Assembly: GCA_963663805.2 (NCBI GenBank)
Contig: CAXXMR010000014.1
Span: forward strand, 89,016-153,015
Direction of reading: 5' to 3'
DNA: 64,000 nt
Source of the DNA: Sedimentisphaerales bacterium
GTDB lineage: Bacteria; Planctomycetota; Phycisphaerae; Sedimentisphaerales; SM23-30
In this document: piece after piece, positions 20,986 through 31,534 of the stretch
Numbering within the stretch: position 1 is the stretch's first letter
Layout of the letters: each line of letters opens with the position of its first letter
Program-made: the position numbers and the translations under genes
Notes under the pieces: model-generated
The model's input: only the letters and a program-made list of their open reading frames with translations
What the model was told of the DNA's origin: nothing
The model's database searches: none

Positions 20986-21711
20986 TTACTGAACATCGTG
21001 ATGATGAGAAAAAGCCGCCGCACAAACACTCGCCAGCGTAATCCCCATAAACGCCCCCGCTAAATCACCGACATCAAATCCCCGCCCCATCATATAGCTG
21101 ATGAATTCATCAAACAGCGCGTACAAAGAAATCACTGCCACGGAAATACTGAACACCCGACCGTTAAACTCAAACCGACTCTCTTTGCAAACACAACGCC
21201 AGAACAACAGAGTCAGCACCGCATAAGCCGCCATTACATAAGTTATCTCAAACCGCTGCCATTCGGCGGGCAGACGTATAAACACCCCCGCATTGGTCGG
21301 CCAGTGACTTATCGCGAACATTACTATCCAGTAACCGCCAAGCCAATGTATAAAGCTGCGCATAAAGGTCAGCACCACAAATGCCGTCAGACATCCAGCC
21401 GCATCGGCAAACCAATCCATTATCGAAGGAGTCCGGCAAGTCAGTCCCTGCGAGATTTCGTCCGCCGAGGCGTAAACCAGCATCATCGCCAACACCAGCC
21501 AGAAGCGATAGCGTCTTAAATCAGGCTTGATACTGCCATACTTGGCCAGCCAAAACAGTAGGGTCAGAAGAAAGTAAGCCGCAAAATGACCAGTTTTGTC
21601 ACGGCCAGCGATATAAATATCAGGCAGCTTCGGCACATGAGTCGCCGTGAACACTAAGGGCCAATACACCGCCAACAATATCCAGGGATAATATGACCGA
21701 AAACGCTTCAT
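20986..21711 (-). CDS. VanZ-family membrane protein with two tandem VanZ-like halves
   Basis: DKTGHFAAY, DEISQ...RTPSIMDWFAD and a second DEFIS...RGFDVGD. Confidence 0.8.
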   Translation of the reverse strand: MKRFRSYYPWILLAVYWPLVFTATHVPKLPDIYIAGRDKTGHFAAYFLLTLLFWLAKYGSIKPDLRRYRFWLVLAMMLVYASADEISQGLTCRTPSIMDWFADAAGCLTAFVVLTFMRSFIHWLGGYWIVMFAISHWPTNAGVFIRLPAEWQRFEITYVMAAYAVLTLLFWRCVCKESRFEFNGRVFSISVAVISLYALFDEFISYMMGRGFDVGDLAGAFMGITLASVCAAAFSHHHDVQ

Positions 21712-21734
21712 GCAATTTACCCGACCCCGCTTTT

Positions 21735-22604
21735 TTAGGCCTCGTCCGATACGGCATCTTCTTGTTCTTGCATAACTGAATCGTCCGCAAAAACCGGCTT
21801 AACGGGCGCAGCTCCTCCAAACATGGCCAGAACTTCCCCTGCCAGACTCAGATAATCCTGGGCACCATGACAACGGGCATCATACTCAAAAATCGTCTGG
21901 CCGTGACTGGGACACTCCGCCAGCTTGACATTCCGCCTGATTCTGGTTTCAAATACCCGAATGTTTTGCCACGGACTCTCACCCGAACGCTGCTCCGCGA
22001 AAAACTCCTCTATATCGCGTACAATTTCTGTCGTCAGAGTAGTCCTGCCGTCATACATACAGAACATCAACCCCGATATCTTCAACTCCGGATTTATCCG
22101 CCTCTGTACCAGAAGCACCGACTCCAACAACTGACTCAACCCCTGCAATGACAAAAAATGAGGCTGCAAAGGGATAAAAACCTCACGAGAAGCCGATAAC
22201 GCGTTCAAGGTCAGCAATCCCAGGGAGGGCGGACAGTCTATCAACACAAAATCATAGGGCCGACCACAGGAATTTATCACGTCCCGAAGGATGGTCTCGC
22301 GTCCCACCACAGAGACTAATTCCTGCTCCGCCGCGGCTAAATCCATACCCGCCGGCAGCAAAGCCAGATTCTCGCGGACATCCTGAACACATTCATCCAG
22401 CGAACTACCCTTTACCAGAACCTCATAGGCACTTACCTGGTCTTTACGCGGGTCATGGCCCAGCGAGGTAGTCAAATGCGCCTGGGGGTCCAGGTCCGCC
22501 AGCAACACTTTTTGCCCCTGACTGGCCAAAGCTGCCGCCAGGTTCACCGTCGTGGTGGTCTTGCCAACACCGCCTTTTTGGTTTGTTATCGCGATTATTC
22601 TCAT
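21735..22604 (-). CDS. ParA/Soj-family ATPase (no adjacent parB)
   Basis: NQKGGVGKTT, DLDPQ, IDCPPSLGLLT, LAECPSHG. Confidence 0.95.
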   Translation of the reverse strand: MRIIAITNQKGGVGKTTTTVNLAAALASQGQKVLLADLDPQAHLTTSLGHDPRKDQVSAYEVLVKGSSLDECVQDVRENLALLPAGMDLAAAEQELVSVVGRETILRDVINSCGRPYDFVLIDCPPSLGLLTLNALSASREVFIPLQPHFLSLQGLSQLLESVLLVQRRINPELKISGLMFCMYDGRTTLTTEIVRDIEEFFAEQRSGESPWQNIRVFETRIRRNVKLAECPSHGQTIFEYDARCHGAQDYLSLAGEVLAMFGGAAPVKPVFADDSVMQEQEDAVSDEA

Positions 22605-22834
22605 TTTTTTCCGTTTTTTTAGCTAAAACTCCACCTTTTGAGCCTTCCAAAAAGTGATTTTTCGCAATTTTCAGTCATTATAGCCCCATTTTTGCCCCGA
22701 TTGCATAAAAAAATGGAAGACCAAACCTTTACTGGTAGATCTTCCATTTTTTCAAGCTCAAGCTTGTCGTTTTCGTCGCTGACAGGGCAAATGCCCCGAA
22801 CGATCAGACTGAAAATCACTTTCCAGTCTTAACG

Positions 22835-23092
22835 TTACTTTTTAGCCGTTTTCTTTTTAGCCGTTTTTTTCTTAGCGACTTTTTTCTTGGTAACTTTCTT
22901 CTTTGCGGTTTTTTTCTTCGCTACTTTCTTCTTGGCCACTTTCTTCTTGGCCACTTTCTTCTTAGCTACTTTTTTCTTCGCTACTTTTTTCTTGGCCACT
23001 TTCTTCTTAGCGACTTTCTTCTTCGCTACTTTCTTCTTGGCGACTTTTTTCTTCGCCGTTTTCTTCTTAGCTACTTTTTTCTTCTTAGCCAT
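22835..23092 (-). CDS. Histone H1-like Lys-rich protein, 85 aa, 16 KKK(V/T)(A/T) pentamers
   Basis: Direct translation; AAGGTGG upstream; synonymous codons vary between repeats. Confidence 0.85.
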   Translation of the reverse strand: MAKKKKVAKKKTAKKKVAKKKVAKKKVAKKKVAKKKVAKKKVAKKKVAKKKVAKKKVAKKKTAKKKVTKKKVAKKKTAKKKTAKK

Positions 23093-23758
23093 AAATATCA
23101 CCACCTTTCAAAAAAGAAGTATAGAGTTACCAACCTGATATTAACTCAGGATATTAAACTTAGTCAAAAATATTTTTACCTTTAACAAACTAAATTACTC
23201 TGCCATAAACTTATGTAATACGGACTTTAATTATTACTTGTTTTGTTTTATCGTCACGAAATGTCTCATTACTTCATTATATTTCATACTTAACAGGCTT
23301 TTTATAGCTGCAAATTAACTTTTTTTCGTTTTTTTTTATCTCTTTTTTAAAAAAACATTCCTATCGCTAAAAAAAGTTTACTAACAGAAACGCTGATAGT
23401 TTTTCGTTTTTTTCACCGAAACCAAACTTGAACCCCAACCTAAAAAGAAAAAACAAGACCAGATTCAATACCCATTTCTATACTAAAGACAGTTTAGCCA
23501 AACCTCATTTCCTTTCAAGTGTTTATTATTTTAGGTCCAGGTCAAAGACTATTGCGCATCGCGCAAACAACTTCTCAAACCTGCCAACTTCATTGCTCGC
23601 AGACGGAAATTTACGTTCGATACAGGCGTAAAAACAATGAGAACAGCCCCCGCAAGCCCTCTGATACAATATGCAAGCCGATACTTAAACCACGATTTGA
23701 TTTGAACGGCCCAAAGAAACTTTATTGCTTATTAAAAAATAACTTACGCAACAAAGCA

Positions 23759-25585
23759 TCACCCCTGACTTTTGCTTAAACCTGCGTTTTTGCCAACCTC
23801 AACCGGCGTATGAGGATGAACCGACCGACTCATATCCGTCAGTTCAACGGCTTTACGCAAAACCGGGTCCGTCAAAGAAAAATAATCAGTGACAGAGCAC
23901 ACTTTTTCCCCGGAACGCTCAACCTGACAGTCGGGTTTCAGGCCGATTTTATGAAAACTCTCGTCATTCGGCGGCGTATATGAAGCAGTCGTCAGACAAA
24001 TCGCCCCACTGCTCTCATGCAGCGGGTAAACAGTCTGAATCACACCCTTGCCCAGTGTCGTTTCACCTATCAAAATCGCTCGATTATGATTGCGCAGAGC
24101 CGCCGCAAAAATTTCTGCCGCACTAGCGGTATTTTTGTTCATTAAAAGCGATACTGAAAGATTATAGGAACCAAAAACGTTCGGCCTAACCCTGTAGGTT
24201 GTCTGGTCCGAGGCGGTCTGCACATGCACAACATCACCCTGACGAACAAAAAGTCCTACCGCCTGCACCGCCGCGGTCATCAAACCACCCCCGTTATCGC
24301 GCAGGTCAATTACCACCGTCTTGACACCGGCTTCTTCCAGTTCATCCAGGGCCCGACGCATCTCCAGAGCGGTATTATAATCGAATGAACTAACCCGAAA
24401 ATACCCCGCCTCACGATTTTTCAGCACCTGAACATGGCGAACCGTCGGCGAATCGATCACTTTTCGGTCAACCTCAACCGAGATTTCCTCATCGCCGCGT
24501 CCCAGCAACAACTCCACTGAACTCCGGGCCGGACCGGTCAACAGTTTACTGATACGGCTGGCCGGCAAATTGCCCATCGCCACATCCGCGATACGAATTA
24601 TCCGGTCGCCGGGCTTTAAGCCCGCCTGATAAGCGGGACTGGCAGGAACGACGTCAAATATCGTCGGCAGCTCGGTCTCACATATCAAATCAACCCCGAT
24701 ACCAACATAAGAACCGTTCATGCGGTCCAGCAAACCGTTATATTTGTTCACACCCAACAGATATGAATATTCATCCAGATTATCCGCCAGAGCATAGCCA
24801 AGCTCCAATGCCGGCCATGCCGAACCCATACCGGCATCTTCGCACAAAGGCTCGATAACCTCCGCCAAAGAACCACTGAAACTCAATTTACAGCCTATAG
24901 TCTCGCTCAATTCACGCCGCAAAACTGTCAGTTGACCGCTTAATTCGTTCAGCTTGTCGGCGTCAGCTTCAAACTGCTCACGTACCAGACGATTCTCAGC
25001 AGCGGCCTTTAGTTCGATTAACGCGTCACTTATCAGTTCACGGGCATTGACCTTCACATAATATTGTTCATTGATAAATTTAACGACCTCGTCAAGCTGT
25101 TTTGCGGCGGAATCGGCACGAGTTGAGATTATCTCCGGCACCAGAGAACGATTATTATAACGGTCGATTACCCGACTCTGAGCCCGGCAATATTTCAAGC
25201 GCTCGGTAATCGCCGCCCGGTGCGAATCATCCGCTTCTGCCAGAGCGATTTCGAAATACGCAACGGCCTGATGATAATGCTCGTACTTCTCGGCCTGGGA
25301 AGCCAGCTCCAGAAACTGCTCGATGGAATGTTCGCCGGCCCGCGAAAAATCTGGCACATGCGACAGCTTGAACAATGCCAGCACCAGGACCACCAACGCC
25401 AGGCCCCATAACCGCTTTAGATTTATCGGATACAAAGAGTATACGGAACAGACAGGTTTTTCTCTAAAAACCAACGCTTTAGAAGTCGATAATACCCCTG
25501 TAGAACACCCTTCGCTTCGCACACTGTCGCTAATATTACTTAACATTCTCTCCTCCCAGGGAGACCAAAACCAAATTGAAGGCAC
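23759..25585 (-). CDS. Carboxy-terminal processing protease (S41, PDZ domain); start uncertain
   Basis: GIGV, SPAYQAGLKPGD, IDLRDNGGG, TASAAEI, TLGKG. Confidence 0.9.
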   Translation of the reverse strand: MPSIWFWSPWEERMLSNISDSVRSEGCSTGVLSTSKALVFREKPVCSVYSLYPINLKRLWGLALVVLVLALFKLSHVPDFSRAGEHSIEQFLELASQAEKYEHYHQAVAYFEIALAEADDSHRAAITERLKYCRAQSRVIDRYNNRSLVPEIISTRADSAAKQLDEVVKFINEQYYVKVNARELISDALIELKAAAENRLVREQFEADADKLNELSGQLTVLRRELSETIGCKLSFSGSLAEVIEPLCEDAGMGSAWPALELGYALADNLDEYSYLLGVNKYNGLLDRMNGSYVGIGVDLICETELPTIFDVVPASPAYQAGLKPGDRIIRIADVAMGNLPASRISKLLTGPARSSVELLLGRGDEEISVEVDRKVIDSPTVRHVQVLKNREAGYFRVSSFDYNTALEMRRALDELEEAGVKTVVIDLRDNGGGLMTAAVQAVGLFVRQGDVVHVQTASDQTTYRVRPNVFGSYNLSVSLLMNKNTASAAEIFAAALRNHNRAILIGETTLGKGVIQTVYPLHESSGAICLTTASYTPPNDESFHKIGLKPDCQVERSGEKVCSVTDYFSLTDPVLRKAVELTDMSRSVHPHTPVEVGKNAGLSKSQG

Positions 25586-25832
25586 CAGACCCCGGCCATT
25601 GAAGCAATGACGAGGCCCTTTTGCCTTTTGCGTTACATCTAAATATACTGTAATATACCCCCTGCCTGGGATGTGGGCTTACCGAAACGGTCAGTAAACA
25701 CAAAAAGGCTGCGATATAAGTGTTGGCCAAAGTGAACAAGGTCAGATATTTGGACTATTTTAACTATAGTGCCTTACCAAAATGCAACTTTGCCCGTTTC
25801 GACAGGGCAGCAAGGAAAAATGAGGTCTAAAA

Positions 25833-27401
25833 ATGACAGATAAAAAATGTCGGGTTAAACCGTTTGTGTTGATTATTCGGGATGGCTGGGGCTGGAACCC
25901 TAACGAATCGGAATGGCCCAACGACGCCACCCGCATCGCTAATACGCCCGTCGATGACATGCTCCGCAAAGAATACGCCAACTGCCTTATCGGCACCTCC
26001 GGCGAAAGCGTAGGCCTGCCGGACGACACCATGGGCAACAGCGAAGTCGGCCATCAGAACATGGGGGCAGGCAGAACTGTTTATCAGGAATCCATGCGGC
26101 TGACCAAGATGATTCGTGAGGGCGAATTCTTCAAAAACGAGACTCTCCTCAACGCCATCAATCACTGCAAAAAAAATAACTCTAAAATCCACCTGCTCGG
26201 GCTCGTCTCTGACGCCGGCGTACATTCACTGCTCGGCCACCTCTACGCCCTGCTCCAAATGTCAAAAAATGAAGGGCTCGATCGCGTCTATCTCCACGCC
26301 TTCACCGACGGACGCGACACCCCGCCCCAAAGCGGCAAAGGATATATCCAGACCGTGCAGGATAAAATGAAAGAGCTGGGCATCGGGCAGATAGCTTCTG
26401 TCATGGGACGTTTCTGGGCCATGGACCGCGACCAGAGATGGGACCGCGTCGAAAAAGCATTCAACGCCTTGCGTAATGGCAAAGGACAGAAAGCAGCCGA
26501 TGCCGTCGCCGCCATGCAAGCGAGCTACGACACGGAAAAAACTGATGAATTCGTCGAACCGACTCTTATTACCGATGCGAACGGTCAGCCAAAAGCAATT
26601 ATCGAAGACGGCGACGCGGTTATCTTTTTCAATTTCCGCGGCGACAGACCCCGCGAAATTACCAGAGCATTCGTTGACCCTGAGTTCAAAGGTTTCGACC
26701 GCGGCCAACTGCCCAAACTATACTACGTCTGCCTCACCCAGTATGACAAAACCATCCCCGCCCCAATAGCTTTCCCCAAACCGCCCAAGATGGTCAACAT
26801 CGCTGGCCAATACTGGTCAAACCTCGGACTTAAACAGTTCCGCTGTGCCGAAACTGAAAAATACGCTCATGTAACCTTCTTCTTCAATGACTACACCGAA
26901 GAGCCCTTCCCCGGCGAAGAGCGGCAGATTATCCCTTCGCCCAAGGTGGCCACCTACGACGAAAAACCCGAAATGTCCGCTGCGGAAGTAACCGACACCG
27001 TCCTGAAAAAACTCGATACTAACCAGTGTGACATAATGGTCATTAACTTCGCTAACCCTGACATGGTCGGCCACACCGGTATCATGGCAGCAGCCGTCAA
27101 AGCCGCTGAAACCGTAGATGCCTGCGTCGGCAAAATCCTCGACAAAGTAAAACAGATGGGCGGCTCGGCACTCATTACTGCGGACCACGGCAATCTCGAA
27201 AGAATGGTAGACCCCATAACCGGTGCGCCTTTCACTTCTCACACCATCTTCCCGGTACCCATTATAGTCTTCGACCAGGAATATAAAAACTGCCAACTTC
27301 GGCAGGATGGCATACTTGCTGATGTCGTCCCCACTGCTCTGGAACTGATGGAGATTCCGATTCCCGCAGAAATGACCGGCAAGTCACTTATCATCAAATA
27401 A
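25833..27401 (+). CDS. gpmI: 2,3-bisphosphoglycerate-independent phosphoglycerate mutase
   Basis: MGNSEVGH, DGRDT, MDRD, AETEKYAHVTFF, NPDMVGHTG, TADHGN. Confidence 0.97.
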   Translation: MTDKKCRVKPFVLIIRDGWGWNPNESEWPNDATRIANTPVDDMLRKEYANCLIGTSGESVGLPDDTMGNSEVGHQNMGAGRTVYQESMRLTKMIREGEFFKNETLLNAINHCKKNNSKIHLLGLVSDAGVHSLLGHLYALLQMSKNEGLDRVYLHAFTDGRDTPPQSGKGYIQTVQDKMKELGIGQIASVMGRFWAMDRDQRWDRVEKAFNALRNGKGQKAADAVAAMQASYDTEKTDEFVEPTLITDANGQPKAIIEDGDAVIFFNFRGDRPREITRAFVDPEFKGFDRGQLPKLYYVCLTQYDKTIPAPIAFPKPPKMVNIAGQYWSNLGLKQFRCAETEKYAHVTFFFNDYTEEPFPGEERQIIPSPKVATYDEKPEMSAAEVTDTVLKKLDTNQCDIMVINFANPDMVGHTGIMAAAVKAAETVDACVGKILDKVKQMGGSALITADHGNLERMVDPITGAPFTSHTIFPVPIIVFDQEYKNCQLRQDGILADVVPTALELMEIPIPAEMTGKSLIIK

Positions 27402-27427
27402 GTTCTGAATCACCCCAAAATGTAACG

Positions 27428-27462
27428 CGGCGTCTTGATGAATGTCAGGACGCCGTTTTTTT
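27428..27462 (+). terminator. Intrinsic terminator after gpmI
   Basis: ggcgtcttga-loop-tcaggacgcc followed by a T-tract. Confidence 0.75.
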
Positions 27463-28093
27463 ATCCCAGCCAGGCCCACGCCGCGTCTATCAGGAACCAT
27501 ATTCCAAAACCAGCCATCGCGGCGGCACAAATACGCAATATCACGCTTTGGGCACGTGGGGAAGTCAGCTTCGAACCCTTAAAGGCCGCGTAAGACAATA
27601 TCTCCAGCCACACCAAATCGCACAGCCAGTGTACAACCGTGAATATCAAAAACGCGGCCATACCCAGCTTCCATGCCTGACCCGCCAGCGCCAAACCAAT
27701 CGTCGCCCACCACAACAGAAAATATGGATTCGTTATGGAAATTACCATCCCCGTCCAGACCGCTTCTTTCCGTCCCAGCTCTTTTGCTTTTTGACCGCCG
27801 ATTCCAGACCCGCCCCGTAAACCAGCCCACCCCATCCAAAGCAACACCACACCGCCGGCTAAGCCAATGCCGATTCGAACGCTTTCCATTTCCAGAAACC
27901 GCCCCACTCCGCCGATTATCAAAAACATCAATGGAAATTCAATAATGCCGTGCCCCAAAGCCAGAAAAAAACCCGCATGACGATGACGCAAACCCGATGC
28001 AATCGTTACCGTTGTAACTACCCCGGGTGCCATCGCCCCAGAAAGGGAAATAAGAATCACCCTGATAATAAAAACCGTTAATACCATAATCAC
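27461..28093 (-). CDS. LysE-family translocator
   Basis: SGAMAPG, GHGIIE, NPYFLLWW; multiple TM helices. Confidence 0.9.
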   Translation of the reverse strand: MIMVLTVFIIRVILISLSGAMAPGVVTTVTIASGLRHRHAGFFLALGHGIIEFPLMFLIIGGVGRFLEMESVRIGIGLAGGVVLLWMGWAGLRGGSGIGGQKAKELGRKEAVWTGMVISITNPYFLLWWATIGLALAGQAWKLGMAAFLIFTVVHWLCDLVWLEILSYAAFKGSKLTSPRAQSVILRICAAAMAGFGIWFLIDAAWAWLG

Positions 28094-28303
28094 AAATTAT
28101 ATCTGCGCCACCCCAGCAGACAAGCGAGAACCGGCAGCTATTACCCTTAAATGACTACAATAAACCGTAAAAGCATAACCGTTCAAAGTTCTTACTGTTA
28201 AAAACCCCCGAATGGGTCAGAAAAACGCATAGACGGGCAGTGAAACTCCCCGGACGATTTAAAAAACACCTATGAATGGCTACGAACAAGAAAACAATAG
28301 AAC

Positions 28304-28756
28304 CTAATCCATATCGTCACCGAAATCGTCATCGTCATCAGCCTCTTTACCCAATTCTTCCAGCGAAATTGGCTCAGCAACCTTGCGATAACCCAATGCC
28401 AGAGCGATTTCCAACACCTCAGTAAAACTTGGAAATGGTTTGCGGTTTACTTTTTTATATTCCTCGATGGCCTTGAGAAACTCAAATTGCTCATCATTCA
28501 TCTCCCCTTCTTCAGCCGCCCGCCGCGCATCGGTACGCCTTCGGCCCGGCCCACGCCGGCGGTCCCAGTTCTGACGACGTTCCACCCCGGAACGCTGCTC
28601 CACAAACTCACTGCCGTCAAACTCGTTCCGCCTGTCCATACCGCAGCGACGTTCGCGGCGGTCCTGCCGGCGGTCATCCTTACGACGATCTTCGGTAACC
28701 GTACCCAATGACTCTTCGTCGGTCGGCACTTCGTTTTCGCTAGGTTTATCAGCCAT
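28304..28756 (-). CDS. Hypothetical protein with tandem (D/E)RR motifs and a C-terminal helical domain
   Basis: EDRR, DDRR, QDRR, ERR, MDRR, ERR, WDRR; then EFLKAIEEYK...PFPSFTEVLE...LGYRK. Confidence 0.8.
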   Translation of the reverse strand: MADKPSENEVPTDEESLGTVTEDRRKDDRRQDRRERRCGMDRRNEFDGSEFVEQRSGVERRQNWDRRRGPGRRRTDARRAAEEGEMNDEQFEFLKAIEEYKKVNRKPFPSFTEVLEIALALGYRKVAEPISLEELGKEADDDDDFGDDMD

Positions 28757-29136
28757 TAGAATTCCTCTTCTTCTTCTTCATAAATCACAAAATCGTCGCT
28801 TTCCAGGTCCAATTCCTCGAAATCAGCGAACTCATCTTCATCATCGTCGTAATCAGAATCGTCTTCCTCAAACTCCTCGATTATCTCATCATGAATATCG
28901 CTGCGACGCTCGATTATCTCTCCAGCTTCGGTCAGGGCCTCCTGAGGAACCATTACCGCCAGACCGTCACGCAGCAGCTCCGGGTCCAAATCCTCCTCGG
29001 CCTCATACTGAATTTTCACCGGAATATCATGGTCTTCCAGCAAGGCCCGATAAGATTCTGCCTCATTGCGGTCATGAGCAAACACCACCGGCACAAATTC
29101 CTCTATTTCATGGTTCGAGTCCTGTTCTGCACTCAT
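28756..29136 (-). CDS. DUF2007-like small protein with very acidic C-terminal tail
   Basis: EAESYRALLEDHDIP...VMVP core; D/E-rich tail; stop overlaps next start. Confidence 0.7.
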   Translation of the reverse strand: MSAEQDSNHEIEEFVPVVFAHDRNEAESYRALLEDHDIPVKIQYEAEEDLDPELLRDGLAVMVPQEALTEAGEIIERRSDIHDEIIEEFEEDDSDYDDDEDEFADFEELDLESDDFVIYEEEEEEF

Positions 29137-29746
29137 AAAAAACCTCACGTAAACAACTTTATCACTATCAGTTGCTCATTAAATGAGCTTCACATCCTTC
29201 CTGGCCCAGCCTGCCGCTATTATGAAAGCGACTGGCCCAGAGCAAAATCATGCCATCTGCCTGACAAACTTATCCTACCTCTAGTATTCACTCTAGTCGG
29301 CTATTCTGGCAAGTAAAGTTACAAAAATTCGGACCTTTTTTAGCAAAAAATCTCAAAAATGTATAAAAAAAACCGCAAAAAGCTTTTTGGGTAAATTAGG
29401 GCCAACCTTTTATCCCGTTCATACCACCTAACTAACCCGTCCAGAACCTCTCGAAACCCCGTAAACCACCAAAAATCACAATTTAATATACTATTAATCA
29501 ATCATACACACCCCATTTTTACCGCCCGCCAGATTGCCTGCAATAACCTATTTAGAGGCATTTTACGGCACAGGGAACAAAATATTTGCCTTAACAGGGC
29601 GTTTCAGGCACTTTTTTTGAAATTTTTTTGGGTTTTTTGTTGCATAACTACCCGCCGCGCTCAACAATTACGGCGTAATATTCACCGTGAGTATTACATA
29701 ATTAGTTCTTTGTCACTTTTCATGATTCATGGAGGACACACAGGAT

Positions 29747-29989
29747 ATGGCTAAGAAGAAAAAAGCAGCCGCCAAGAAAAAGGTAACCAAAAAAACCGCC
29801 AAGAAGGCCAGCAACAAGGAAGTATTGGTCGTCGCCAGCAAGATCAAAGCCTACATCCGCTCCAAGGGCTGCATGTGCAGTGCTGAAGCGATTCAGGCTA
29901 TCTCTGACAGCGTCTACTGCACCCTCGACAAAGCCGTCGAACGGGCCGGCGCAAACCGTCGCGCCACGGTCAAGGCTCAGGACTTCTAA
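29747..29989 (+). CDS. Bacterial histone-fold protein with Lys-rich N-terminal tail (80 aa)
   Basis: EVLVVASKIKAYI...SAEAIQAIS...AVERAGANRRATVKAQD resembles Bdellovibrio Bd0055/HBb-type histones (from recall); GGAGGA at 29731-29736. Confidence 0.88.
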   Translation: MAKKKKAAAKKKVTKKTAKKASNKEVLVVASKIKAYIRSKGCMCSAEAIQAISDSVYCTLDKAVERAGANRRATVKAQDF

Positions 29990-30033
29990 AAGGCACAGCA
30001 AGTATACTTCGCCGCGAAAGGATGAGTATACCA

Positions 30034-30072
30034 CAGGCCCCAGCTCCAATAGGAACCGGGGCCTGTTTTTTA
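30034..30072 (+). terminator. Intrinsic terminator after histone gene
   Basis: caggcccc-loop-ggggcctg followed by T7. Confidence 0.8.
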
Positions 30073-30202
30073 TTATCAACACCGATAACTCTACCAACAA
30101 CAAAAGCCGAGCCGCGTAAGAGACCGGATAATTAAACAACCCCTGCCCAAGGCAGGCACCATGCCGTTAATCTGATTTCTGATTCCTTGAAATTATTACA
30201 AA

Positions 30203-31270
30203 TCACGGACAATAATCACGAGCAGCCGGATGACTTATCAGATACTCGCTTACCAGCTTGATGGTATTATCCAGGTCGTCCAGACTAATCACTTCCACCG
30301 GGGTGTGCATATAGCGGTTCGGAATGCTCACCAAAGCCGTCGCGGTCCCGCCCCGGCTGAGCTGCATAGCGTTGGCATCGGTACCGGTACCTCGCGGCTG
30401 AGCTGAAATCTGATAGGGAATCTTCATTTTTTTCGCCGTCTTCAATAATTCCCGCTCCAGAATCGGGTTAATATTAGGTCCGCGATGCAGATTAGGCCCA
30501 CCGCCGACTTTCACTTCGCCGGTCTTTTTCGGGTCCGTTTCCGGGTGGTCAGAAGAAAAATTGACATCAAACGCAATACCCGCCTGCGGATTAACGCTGT
30601 AACTGGAAGTAATCGCACCCCGCAAACCGACTTCTTCCTGAACAGTCGCCACACCCACAACCCGAACCTTCAGTTCTTTTTTCCGACGTGCCAGTTCACG
30701 CATAACCTCAGCGACTACAAAAGCGCCCGCCTTGTCATCCGTCGCCCGCGAGACAACTTTATTGCCGTGGAGCCGCCGATATGCAACATCTATCACCATC
30801 GGGTCACCAACCGAAACACGTTTGAGTGCGTCTTTTTTGTTATCGGCACCTATATCGACCCAGATATTTTCCATCTTGACCGCTTTGCCCCGCTCATCGG
30901 GTTCCATTAAATGTATCGCCTTACGGCCAATCACGCCGAAAACCTCGCCCTTTTCGGTCATAATCTTCACCCGCTGGCCCGTCAGCAATCCCGCGTCCAT
31001 CCCGCCGATTTGGGCGGTATAAACATAACCTTTATCATCAACGTGCGTAACCATCAGCCCAATTTCGTCGATATGACCAGCCAGCATGAACGTAAACTTC
31101 GCTTTCGGATTCAGCACCGAGATACTATTGCCGTGCACATCGCCAAACAGTTCATCAACCTTACCCTTGAGATGATTACGCCAGATCGCCGCCGCCGGCT
31201 GTTCAAAACCCGAAGGACTGGCCGCGTTCAACATCTCCTCCAAAAAATTCTCTGCGTCTTTTCGCATCAT
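30203..31270 (-). CDS. M42-family metallo-aminopeptidase
   Basis: SPSGFE, AGHIDEIG, DDKAG, QEEVGLRGA, GTDA, RYMHTPVE. Confidence 0.95.
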   Translation of the reverse strand: MMRKDAENFLEEMLNAASPSGFEQPAAAIWRNHLKGKVDELFGDVHGNSISVLNPKAKFTFMLAGHIDEIGLMVTHVDDKGYVYTAQIGGMDAGLLTGQRVKIMTEKGEVFGVIGRKAIHLMEPDERGKAVKMENIWVDIGADNKKDALKRVSVGDPMVIDVAYRRLHGNKVVSRATDDKAGAFVVAEVMRELARRKKELKVRVVGVATVQEEVGLRGAITSSYSVNPQAGIAFDVNFSSDHPETDPKKTGEVKVGGGPNLHRGPNINPILERELLKTAKKMKIPYQISAQPRGTGTDANAMQLSRGGTATALVSIPNRYMHTPVEVISLDDLDNTIKLVSEYLISHPAARDYCP

Positions 31271-31534
31271 TATATCTCCTGAAATATAGGAATTCAATAG
31301 CCCTAAAACCATATTTCCACAGTAGCCGCTTCATAGCGACTATACGAAATTTATACCACAATCCAAGGCCGTTGCCAATTTACTAATCATACCCATAAAC
31401 AAAAAAACAGGGCTGGTCCATACTGGCATCTGCCATCGGACCAGCCCCGTAAATTACATCATATATCCCGGACCCCAGAGGTCAAACAACCTCGTTGCCC
31501 GCATTAGGCCTGTTGGGGTGAACATGCCCAATCT

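Noticed and set aside
22887..23138. Phe-rich repeat ORF
   Set aside because: Reverse complement of the Lys-repeat gene
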